64,000 nucleotides of DNA from Eledone cirrhosa (Eukaryota), in contig OZ024746.1 of NCBI GenBank assembly GCA_964016885.1, forward strand, positions 102,176,001-102,240,000, written 5' to 3'. This document shows positions 1 to 13,821 of the stretch, piece after piece; within the stretch, counting starts at the first letter, position 1; each line of letters starts with the position of its first letter. Position numbers and translations under genes: made by a program. The notes beneath the pieces were generated by a model. That model made no database searches. It was not told where the DNA came from and worked only from the letters and a program-made list of their open reading frames with translations.

Positions 1-3000
1 TACTAGAGGGACCTGTGGAATATATACTAGAGGGACCTGTGGAATATATACTAGAGGGACTACTGTAATATATACTAGAGGGACCTGTGAAATATATAAT
101 AGAGGGACCTGTGGAATATATACTAGAGGGACTACTGTAATATATACTAGAGGGACTACTGTAATATATACTAGACGGACCACTGGAATATATACAAGAG
201 GGACCACCGGAATATATACTAAAGGGACCACCGGAAATTATAATAGAGGGATAACTGTAATAGATACTAGAGGGACAACTGGAATATATACTAGAGGGAC
301 CACTGGAATATATACTAGAGGGACCTCTGGAATATATACTAGAGGGACCTGTGGAATATATACTAGAGTGAGCTGTGGAATATATACTAGAGTGAGCTGT
401 GGAATATATACTAGAGGGACCCCTGGAATATATACTAGAGGGACTACTGGAATATATACTAGAGGGACTACTGGAATATATACTAGAGGGACTACTGGAA
501 TATATACTAGAGCGACTACTGGAATATATACTAACGGACCACTGGAATATATACTAGAGGGGCCACCGGAAGATATACTAAAGGGACCACCAGACTTTAT
601 AATAGAGGGACCACAGGATTGTATATTAGAGGGATAGAGGGACCACTGGAATATATACTAGAGGGACCACTGGAATATATACTAGAGGGACCACTGGAAT
701 ATATACTAGAGGGACCTCTGGAATATATACTAGATTGACCTCTGGAATATATACTAGAGGGACCACTGGAATATATACTAGAGGGACCACTGGAATATAT
801 ACTAGAGGGACCACTGGAATATATACTAGAGGGACCTCTGGAATATATACTGGAGGGATCTGTGGAATACATACTAGAGGCACAACTGCAATATACACTA
901 GAGGGAGCTGTGGAATATAAACTAGAGGGACCAGTGCAATATATACTAGAGGGACCAGTGCAATATATACAAGAGGGACCAGTGCAATATATACTAGAGG
1001 GACCAGTGCAATAAATACTAGAGGGACCATTAGAATATATACTAGAGGGACCACTGGAATATATACTAGAGGGACCTCTGGAATATATACTAGAGGGACC
1101 TGTGGAATACATACTAGAGGGACCACTGGAATATATACTACAGGGACCTGTGGAATATATACTAGAGGGACCACTGGAATAGATACTAGAGGGACCACAG
1201 TAATGTATATTAGAGGGATAGAGGGACCACTGGAATATATACTAGAGGGACAACTGGAATATATACTAGAGGGACCTCTGGAATATATACTAGAGGGACC
1301 ACTGGAATATATACTAGAGGGAGCTGTGGAATATATACTAGAGGGACCACTGGAATATATACTAGAGGGACTACTTGAATACATACTAGAGGGACCTCTG
1401 GAATATATACTAGAGGGACCACTGGAATATATACTAGAGGGACTACTGCGATATATACTAGAGGGACCTGTAGAATATATACTAGAGGGAGCTGTGGAAT
1501 ATATACTAGAGGGACCTGTGGAATATATACTAGAGGGACTACTGGAATATATACTAGAGGGACCACTGGAATATATACTAGAGGGACCACTGGAATATAT
1601 ACTAAAGGGACCACCAGAAATTATAATAGAGGGATAAATGTAATAGATACTAGAGGGACCACTGGAATATATACTAGAGGGACCACTGGAAAATATACTA
1701 GAGGGACCACTGGAATATATACTAGAGGGACCACCGGAATATATACTAGAGGGACCACTGGAATATATACTAGAGGGACCACCGGAATATATACTAGAGG
1801 GACCATCGGAAAATATAATAGAGGGAACACTGGAATATATACTAAAGGGACCACCGGAAAATATAATAGAGGGAACACTGGAATATATATTAGAGAGATA
1901 GAGGGACCACGGGAATCTATACTTGAATACATACTAGAGGGACCTCTGGAATATATACTCGAGGGACCACTGGAATATATACTAGAGGGACCTGTGGAAT
2001 ATATACTAGAAGGACCAATGGAATATATACTCGAGGGACCTGTGGAAAATATACGAGAGGTACCACTGGAATATATACTAGAGGTACCACGGGAATATAT
2101 ACTAGAGGGACCACTGAAATATATACTAGAGGGACCTGTGCAATATATACTAGAAGGACCAATGGAATATATACTAGAAGGACCTGTGGAATATATACTA
2201 GAGGTACCACTGGAATACATACTAGAGGGACTACTGGAATATATACTAGAGGGACCACTGGCATATGTACTAGAGGGACCACTGGAATATATACTAGAGG
2301 AACCACTGGAGCATATACTAGATGGACGTGTGGAATATATACTAGAGGGACCTGTGGAATATATACTAGAGTGAGCTGTGGAATATATACTAGAGGGACC
2401 ACTGGAATATATACTAAAGGGACCACTGGAATATATACTAGAGGGACAACTGGAACATATGCTAGAGGGACCTGAGGAATATATACTAGAGGGACCACTG
2501 GAATATATACTAGAGGGACCTCTGGAATATATACTAGAGGGACCACTGGAATATATACTAGAGGGACCACAGGAATATATACTAGAGGGACCACTGGAAT
2601 ATATACTAGAGGGACCACTGGAATATATACTAGAGGGACCTCTGGAATATATACTGGAGGGACCTGTGGAATACATACTAGAGGGACCACTGGAATATAT
2701 ACTAGAGGGGCCTCTGGAATATATACTAGATGGACCACTGGAATATATACTAGAGGGACCTGTGGAATACACACTAGAGGGACCACTGGAATATATACTA
2801 GAGGGACCTGTGGAATATATACTAGAGGGACTACTGGAATATATACTAGAGGGACCTGTTGAATATATACTAGAGGGACCACTGGAATATATACCAGAGG
2901 GACCACAGGAATGTATATTAGAGGGATAGAGGGACCACTGGAATATATACTAGAGGGACCTCTGGAATATATACTAGAGGGACCTCTGGAATATATACTA

Positions 3001-6000
3001 GAGGGACCACTGGAATATATACTAGAGGGACCTCTGGAATATATACTGGAGGGACCTGTGGAATACATACTAGAGGGACCACTGGAATATATTCTAGAGG
3101 TACCACTGCAATATACACTAGAGGGAGCTGTGGAATATAAACTAGAAAGACCAGTGCAATATATACAAGAGGGACCAGTGCAATATATACAAGAGGGACC
3201 ACCGGAATATATACTAAAGGGACCACCGGAAATTATAATAGAGGGATAACTGTAATAGATACTAGAGGGACAACTGGAATATATACTAGAGGGACCACTG
3301 GAATATATACTAGAGGGACCTCTGGAATATATACTAGAGGGACCTGTGGAATATATACTAGAGTGAGCTGTGGAATATATACTAGAGGCACCCCTGGAAT
3401 ATATACTAGAGGGACTACTGGAATATATACTAGAGGGACTACTGGAATATATACTAGAGGGACTACTGGAATATATACTAGAGCGACTACTGGAATATAT
3501 ACTAACGGACCACTGGAATATATACTAGAGGGACCACCGGAAGATATACTAAAGGGACCACCAGACTTTATAATAGAGGGACCACAGGATTGTATATTAG
3601 AGGGATAGAGGGACCACTGGAATATATACTAGAGGGACCACTGGAATATATACTAGAGGGACCACTGGAATATATACTAGAGGGACCTCTGGAATATATA
3701 CTAGAGTGACCTCTGGAATATATACTAGAGGGACCACTGGAATATATACTAGAGGGACCACTGGAATATATTCTAGAGGTACCACTGCAATATACACTAG
3801 AGGGAGCTGTGGAATATAAACTAGAAAGACCAGTGCAATATATACAAGAGGGACCAGTGCAATATATACTAGAGGGACCACTGGAATATATACTAGAGAT
3901 ACCTGTGGAATATATACTAGAGGGAACTGTGGAATATATACTAGAGGGACCACCGGAATATATACTAGAGGGACCACCGGAATATATACTAGAGGGACCA
4001 CAGGAATATATATTAGAGGGATAGAGGGACCACTGGAATATATACTAGAGGGACCTCTGGAATATATACTAGAGGGACCTCTGGAATATATACTAGAGGG
4101 ACCACTGGAATATATACTAGTAGGACCACTGGAATATATACTAGTAGGACCTATGGAATATATACTAGAGGGACCACTGGAATATATACTAGAGGGACCA
4201 CTGAAATATATACTAGAGGGACCTGTGGAATATATACTAGAAGGACCAATGGAATATATACTAGAGGGACCTGTGGAATATATACTAGAGGTACCACTGG
4301 AATACATACCAGAGGGACTACTGGAATATGTACTAGATGGACCACTGGAATATATACTAGAGGAACCACTGGAGCATATACTAGAGGGACGTGTGGAATA
4401 TATACTAGAGGGACGTGTGGAATATATACTAAAGGGACCTGTGGAATATATAATAGAGTGAGCTGTGGAATATATACTAGAGGGACCTGTGGAATATATA
4501 CTAGAGGGACTACTGTAATATATACTAGAGGGACCTGTGAAATATATAATAGAGGGACCTGTGGAATATATACTAGAGGGACTACTGTAATATATACTAG
4601 AGGGACTACTGTAATATATACTAGACGGACCACTGGAATATATACAAGAGGGACCACCGGAATATATACTAAAGGGACCACCGGAAATTATAATAGAGGG
4701 ATAACTGTAATAGATACTAGAGGGACCACTGGAATATATACTAGAGGGACCACTGGAATATATACTAGAGGGACCTCTGGAATATATACTAGAGGGACCT
4801 GTGGAATATATACTAGAGTGAGCTGTGGAATATATACTAGAGTGAGCTGTGGAATATATACTAGAGGGACCCCTGGAATATATACTAGAGGGACCCCTGG
4901 AATATATACTAGAGGGACTACTGGAATATATACTAGAGGGACTACTGGAATATATACTAGAGCGACTACTGGAATATATACTAGAGCGACTACTGGAATA
5001 TATACTAACGGACCACTGGAATATATACTAGAGGGACCACCGGAAGATATACTAAAGGGACCACTGAAATATATACCAGAGGGACCACAGGAATGTATAT
5101 TAGAGGGATAGAGGGACCACAGGAATGTATATTAGAGGGATAGAGGGACCACTGGAATATATACTAGAGGGACCACTGGAATATATACTAGAGGGACCAC
5201 TGGAATATATACTAGAGGGACCACTGGAATATATACTAGAGGGACCACTGGAATATATACTAGAGGGACCTCTGGAATATATACTGGAGGGATCTGTGGA
5301 ATACATACTAGAGGCACAACTGCAATATACACTAGAGGGAGCTGTGGAATATAAACTAGAGGGACCAGTGCAATATATACAAGAGGGACCAGTGCAATAT
5401 ATACTAGAGGGACCAGTGCAATATATACTAGAGGGACCAGTGCAATAAATACTAGAGGGACCATTAGAATATATACTAGAGGGACCACTGGAATATATAC
5501 TAGAGGGACCTCTGGAATATATACTAGAGGGACCTGTGGAATACATACTAGAGGGACCACTGGAATATATACTACACGGACCTGTGGAATATATACTAGA
5601 GGGACCACTGGAATAGATACTAGAGGGACCACAGTAATGTATATTAGAGGGATAGAGGGACCACTGGAATATATACTAGAGGGACAACTGGAATATATAC
5701 TAGAGGGACCTCTGGAATATATACTAGAGGGACCACTGGAATATATACTAGAGGGAGCTGTGGAATATATACTAGAGGGACCACTGGAATATATACTAGA
5801 GGGACTACTTGAATACATACTAGAGGGACCTCTGGAATATATACTAGAGGGACTACTGCGATATATACTAGAGGGACCTGTAGAATATATACTAGAAGGA
5901 GCTGTGGAATATATACTAGAGGGACCTGTGGAATATATACTAGAGGGACCACTGGAATATATACTAGACGGACTACTGGAATATATACTAGAGGGACTAC

Positions 6001-9000
6001 TGGAATATATACTAGAGGGACCACTGGAATATATACTAGAGGGACCACTGGAATATATACTAAAGGGACCACTGGAATATATACTAAAGGGACCACCAGA
6101 AATTATAATAGAGGGATAAATGTAATAGATACTAGAGGGACCACTGGAATATATAGTAGAGGGACCACTGGAATATATACTAGAGGGACCACTGGAATAT
6201 ATACTAGAGGGACCACCGGAATATATACTAGAGGGACCACCGGAAAATATAATAGAGGGAACACTGGAATATATACTAGAGGGACCACCGGAAAATATAA
6301 TAGAGGGAACACTGGAATATATACTAAAGGGACCACCGGAATATATATTAGAGAGATAGAGGGACCACTGGAATCTATACTTGAATACATACTAGAGGGA
6401 CCTCTGGAATATATACTCGAGGGACCACTGGAATATATACTAGAGGGACCTGTGGAATATATACTAGAAGGACCAATGGAATATATACTCGAGGGACCTG
6501 TGGAATATATACGAGAGGTACCACTGGAATATATACTAGAGGCACCACGGGAATATATACTAGAGGGACCACTGAAATATATACTAGAGGGACCACTGAA
6601 ATATATACTAGAGGGACCTGTGCAATATATACTAGAAGGACCAATGGAATATATACTAGAGGGACCTGTGGAATATATACTAGAGGTACCACTGGAATAC
6701 ATACTAGAGGGACTACTGGAATATGTACTAGAGGGACCACTGGCATATGTACTAGAGGGACCACTGGAATATGTACTAGAGGGACCACTGGAATATATAC
6801 TAGAGGAACCACTGGAGCATATATTAGAGGGACGTGTGGAATATATACTAGAGGGACCTGTGGAATATATACTAGAGTGAGCTGTGGAATATATACTAGA
6901 GGGACCACTGGAATATATACTAGAGGGACCTCTGGAATATATACTAGAGGGACTACTGCGATATATACTAAAGGGACCTGTAGAATATATATTAGAGGGA
7001 GCTGTGGAATATATACTAGAGGGACAACTGGAACATATACTAGAGGGACCTGTGGAATATATACTAGAGGTACCACAGGAATATATACTAGAGGGACCAC
7101 TGGAATATATACTAGAGGGACCTGTGGAATATATACTAGATGGACCTGTGGAATAAATACTAGAGGGACTACTGGAGTATATACTAGAGGGACTACTGGA
7201 ATATATACTAGAGGGACCACTGGAATATATACTAGATGGACCACTGGAATATATACTAAAGGGACCACCAGAAATTATAATAGAGGGATAACTGTAATAG
7301 ATACTAGAGGGACCACTGGAATATATACTAGAGGGACCACTGGAATATATACTAGAGGGACCACTGGAATATATACTAAAGGACCACTGGAAAATATAAT
7401 AGAGGGAACACTAGAATATATACTAGAGGGACCACAGGAATATATATTAGAGGGATAGAGGGACCACTGGAATCTATACTAGAGGGACCTCTGGAATATA
7501 TACTCGAGGGACCACTGGAATATATACTAGAGGGACCTGTGGAATATATACTAGAAGGACCAATGGAATATATACTAGAGGGACCTGTGGAATATATACG
7601 AGAGGTACCACTGGAATATATACTAGAGGTACCACGGGAATATATACTAGAGGTACCACGGGAATATATACTAGAGGGACCACTGGAATATATACTAGAG
7701 GGACCACTGGAATACATACTAGAGGGACCACTGAAATATATACTAGAGGGACCTGTGGAATATATACTAGAAGGACCAATGGAATATATACTAGAGGGAC
7801 CTGTGGAATATATACTAGAGGGACCTGTGGAATATATACTAGAGTGAGCTGTGGAATATATACTAGAGGGACCTGTGGAATATATACTAGAGGGACCACT
7901 GGAATATATACTAAAGGGACCACTGGAATATATACTAGAGGGACCACTGGAACATATGCTAGAGGGACCTGTGGAATATATACTAGAGGGACCACTGGAA
8001 TATATACTAGCGGGACCACTGGAATATATACTTGAGGGACCACTGGAATATATACTAGAGGGACCACTGGAATATATACTAGAGCGACCACTGGAACATA
8101 TACTCGAGGGACTACTGGAACATATACTAGAGCGACTACTGGAATATATACTAGAGGGACCTGTGGAATATATACTAGAGGGACATGTGGAATATATACT
8201 AGAGGGACTACTGTAATATATACTAGAGGGACTACTGTAATATATACTAGAAAGACCTGTGGAATATATACTAGAGGGACATGTGGAATATATACTAGAG
8301 GGACTACTGTAATATATACTAGACGGACCACTGGAATATATACAAGAGGGACCACCGGAATATATACTAAAGGGACCACCGGAAATTATAATAGAGGGAT
8401 AACTGTAATAGATACTAGAGGGACCACTGGAATATATACTAGAGGGACCACTGGAATATATACTAGAGGGACCACTGGAATATATACTAGAGGGACCATT
8501 GGAATATATACTGGAGGGACCTGTGGAATACATACTAGAGGGACCACTGGAATATATACTAGAGGCACCACTGCAATATACACTAGAGGGAGCTGTGGAA
8601 TATAAACTAGAGGGACCAGTGCAATATATACTAGAGGGACCAGTGCAATATATACTAGAGGGACCAGTGTAATATATACTAGAGGGACCAGTGCAATATA
8701 TACTAGAGGGACCAGTGCAATATATACTAGAGGGACCAGTGGAATATATACTAGAGGGACCTGTGGAATATATACTAGAGGGACCCCTGGAATATATACT
8801 AGAGGGACCTGTGGAATATATACTAGAGGGACTACTGGGATATATACTAGAGGGACCTGTGGAATATATACTAGAGGGACTACTGGAATATATACTAGAG
8901 CGACTACTAGAATATAGACTAACGGACCACTGGAATATATACTAGAGGGACCACCGGAATATATACTAAAGGGACCACCAGACATTATAATAGAGGGACC

Positions 9001-12000
9001 ACTGAAATATATACTAGAGGGACCACAGGAATGTATATTAGAGGGATAGAGGGACCACTGGAATATATACTAGAGGGACCTGTTGAATATATACTAGAGG
9101 GACCACAGGAATGTATATTAGAGGGATAGAGGGACCACTGGAATATATACTAGAGGGACCACTGGAATATATACTAGAGGGACCTGTGGAATATATACTA
9201 GAGGGACCACTGGAATATATACTAGAGGGACTACTTTAATACATACTAGAGGGACCTCTGGAATATATACTAGAGGGACCACTGAAATATATACTAGAGG
9301 GACCTGTGCAATATATACTAGAAGGACCAATGGAATATATACTAGAGGGACCTGTGGAATATATACTAGAGGTACCACTGGAATACATACTAGAGGGACT
9401 ACTGGAATATGTACTAGAGGGACCACTGGCATATGTACTAGAGGGACCACTGGAATATGTACTAGAGGGACCACTGGAATATATACTAGAGGAACCACTG
9501 GAGCATATATTAGAGGGACGTGTGGAATATATACTAGAGGGACCTGTGGAATATATACTAGAGTGAGCTGTGGAATATATACTAGAGGGACCACTGGAAT
9601 ATATACTAGAGGGACCTCTGGAATATATACTAGAGGGACTACTGCGATATATACTAAAGGGACCTGTAGAATATATATTAGAGGGAGCTGTGGAATATAT
9701 ACTAGAGGGACAACTGGAACATATACTAGAGGGACCTGTGGAATATATACTAGAGGTACCACAGGAATATATACTAGAGGGACCACTGGAATATATACTA
9801 GAGGGACCTGTGGAATATATACTAGATGGACCTGTGGAATAAATACTAGAGGGACTACTGGAGTATATACTAGAGGGACTACTGGAATATATACTAGAGG
9901 GACCACTGGAATATATACTAGATGGACCACTGGAATATATACTAAAGGGACCACCAGAAATTATAATAGAGGGATAACTGTAATAGATACTAGAGGGACC
10001 ACTGGAATATATACTAGAGGGACCACTGGAATATATACTAGAGGGACCACTGGAATATATACTAAAGGACCACTGGAAAATATAATAGAGGGAACACTAG
10101 AATATATACTAGAGGGACCACAGGAATATATATTAGAGGGATAGAGGGACCACTGGAATCTATACTAGAGGGACCTCTGGAATATATACTCGAGGGACCA
10201 CTGGAATATATACTAGAGGGACCTGTGGAATATATACTAGAAGGACCAATGGAATATATACTAGAGGGACCTGTGGAATATATACGAGAGGTACCACTGG
10301 AATATATACTAGAGGTACCACGGGAATATATACTAGAGGTACCACGGGAATATATACTAGAGGGACCACTGGAATATATACTAGAGGGACCACTGGAATA
10401 CATACTAGAGGGACCACTGAAATATATACTAGAGGGACCTGTGGAATATATACTAGAAGGACCAATGGAATATATACTAGAGGGACCTGTGGAATATATA
10501 CTAGAGGGACCTGTGGAATATATACTAGAGTGAGCTGTGGAATATATACTAGAGGGACCACTGGAATATATACTAAAGGGACCACTGGAATATATACTAG
10601 AGGGACCACTGGAACATATGCTAGAGGGACCTGTGGAATATATACTAGAGGGACCACTGGAATATATACTAGCGGGACCACTGGAATATATACTTGAGGG
10701 ACCACTGGAATATATACTAGAGGGACCACTGGAATATATACTAGAGCGACCACTGGAACATATACTCGAGGGACTACTGGAACATATACTAGAGCGACTA
10801 CTGGAATATATACTAGAGGGACCTGTGGAATATATACTAGAGGGACATGTGGAATATATACTAGAGGGACTACTGTAATATATACTAGAGGGACTACTGT
10901 AATATATACTAGAAAGACCTGTGGAATATATACTAGAGGGACATGTGGAATATATACTAGAGGGACTACTGTAATATATACTAGACGGACCACTGGAATA
11001 TATACAAGAGGGACCACCGGAATATATACTAAAGGGACCACCGGAAATTATAATAGAGGGATAACTGTAATAGATACTAGAGGGACCACTGGAATATATA
11101 CTAGAGGGACCACTGGAATATATACTAGAGGGACCACTGGAATATATACTAGAGGGACCATTGGAATATATACTGGAGGGACCTGTGGAATACATACTAG
11201 AGGGACCACTGGAATATATACTAGAGGCACCACTGCAATATACACTAGAGGGAGCTGTGGAATATAAACTAGAGGGACCAGTGCAATATATACTAGAGGG
11301 ACCAGTGCAATATATACTAGAGGGACCAGTGTAATATATACTAGAGGGACCAGTGCAATATATACTAGAGGGACCAGTGCAATATATACTAGAGGGACCA
11401 GTGGAATATATACTAGAGGGACCTGTGGAATATATACTAGAGGGACCCCTGGAATATATACTAGAGGGACCTGTGGAATATATACTAGAGGGACTACTGG
11501 GATATATACTAGAGGGACCTGTGGAATATATACTAGAGGGACTACTGGAATATATACTAGAGCGACTACTAGAATATAGACTAACGGACCACTGGAATAT
11601 ATACTAGAGGGACCACCGGAATATATACTAAAGGGACCACCAGACATTATAATAGAGGGACCACTGAAATATATACTAGAGGGACCACAGGAATGTATAT
11701 TAGAGGGATAGAGGGACCACTGGAATATATACTAGAGGGACCTGTTGAATATATACTAGAGGGACCACAGGAATGTATATTAGAGGGATAGAGGGACCAC
11801 TGGAATATATACTAGAGGGACCACTGGAATATATACTAGAGGGACCTCTGGAATATATACTAGAGGGACCACTGGAATATATACTAGAGGGACCTGTGGA
11901 ATATATACTAGAGGGACCACTGGAATATATACTAGAGGGACTACTTTAATACATACTAGAGGGACCTCTGGAATATATACTAGAGGGACCACTGGAATAT

Positions 12001-13510
12001 ATACTAGAGGGACTACTGCGATATATACTGGAGGGACCTGTGGAATACATACTAGAGGGACCACTGGAATATATACTAGAGGCACCACTGCAATATACAC
12101 TAGAGGGAGCTGTGGAATATAAACTAGAGGGACCAGTGCAATATATACAAGAGGGACCAGTGCAATATATACAAGAGGGACCAGTGCAATATATACTAGA
12201 TGGACCAGTGCAATATATACTAGAGGGACCAGTGCAATATATACTAGAGGGACCAGTGGAATATATACTAGAGGGACCTGTGGAATATATACTAGAGGGA
12301 CCCCTGGAATATATACTAGAGGGACCTGTGGAATATATACTAGAGGGACTACTGGAATATATACTAGAGCGACTACTAGAATATATACTAACGGACCACT
12401 GGAATATATACTAGAGGGACCACCGGAATATATACTAAAGGGACCACCAGACATTATAATAGAGGGACCACAGGAATGTATATTAGAGGGATAGAGGGAC
12501 CACTGGAATATATACTAGAGGGACCTGTTGAATATATACTAGAGGGACCACAGGAATGTATATTAGAGGGATAGAGGGACCACTGGAATATATACTAGAG
12601 GGACCACTGGAATATATACTAGAGGGACCTCTGGAATATATACTAGAGGGACCACTGGAATATATACTAGAGGGACTACTTGAATACATACTAGAGGGAC
12701 CTCTGGAATATATACTAGAGGGACCACTGGAATATATACTAGAGGGACTACTGCGATATATACTAGAGGGACCTGTAGAATATATACTAGAGGGAGCTGT
12801 GGAATATATACTAGAGGGACAACTGGAACATATACTAGAGGGACCTGTGGAATACATACTAGAGGGACTACTGGAACATATACTAGAGGGACCACTGGAA
12901 TATATACTAGAGGGACCACTGGAATATATACTAGACGGACTACTGGAATATATACTAGAGGGACTACTGGAATATATACTAGAGGGACCACCGGAATATA
13001 TACTAAAGGGACCACCGGAAAATATAATAGAGGGAACACTGGAATATATACTAGAGGGACCACAGGAATATATATTAGAGGGATAGAGGGACCACTGGAA
13101 TATATACTAGAGGGACCTCTGGAATATATACTCGAGGGACCACTGGAATATATACTAGAGGGACCTGTGGAATATATACTAGAAGGACCAATGGAATACA
13201 TACTAGAGGGACCTGTGGAATATATACGAGAGGTACCACTGGAATATATACTAGAGGTACCTCTGGAATATATACTCGAGGGACCACTGGAATATATACT
13301 AGAAGGACCAATGGAATATATACTAGAGGGACCTGTGAAATATATACGAGAGGTACCACTGGAATATATACTAGAGGTACCACGGGAATATATACTAGAG
13401 GGACCACTGGAATATATACTAGAGGGACCACTGGAATATATACTAGAGGGACCTGTGGAATATATACTAGAGGGACCACTGGAATATATATCAGAGGGCC
13501 CACTGGAAAT
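1..13510. repeat. 24-bp minisatellite/satellite array, consensus GGAATATATACTAGAGGGACCACT, about 560 units in the window, continuing off the left edge
   Basis: Tandem 24-mers are directly visible. Common variants lie in the CCACT/CTGT/CTACT/CCTCT/CCAGT segment, with occasional +8, +1 and -1 linker units. The array degenerates at about 13490-13510. Confidence 0.99.
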
Positions 13511-13821
13511 TACACGAATGAAAAAATAACGAGGAGCTATTTCAGAAAGGATGATTAAAATTTGTGCTTCATAGAAATCTTATTGTTGCTCCTCCAATAA
13601 ATAATACATAGATATAGAATTACAATCTATACAATACTTATCATTCGTTAGTATTTAATTATATTGAAACTACAAGATCAATATATAATTGCATATTCTT
13701 TATTACACAATATTTTATAATTATTTTGCATTATATACAAATAATTTTTACAAAACGATATAGAAAATATACAGAATCTTTTTATTTACATCATTAGTTT
13801 CAATTCCATTGCAACTTTTAA

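Noticed and set aside
1-13510. CRISPR-like array (constant repeat plus variable part)
   Set aside because: There are no unique spacers, only point variants of one 24-mer, no cas genes, and the context is eukaryotic.
1-13529. Long ORFs encoding (EYILEGPL)n, (GIYTRGTT)n, (SSIYSSGP)n and (PLVYIPVV)n
   Set aside because: A 24-bp unit is stop-free in four of six frames by construction. The ORFs overlap on both strands, are broken by frameshifting linker units, and show no splice or start context.
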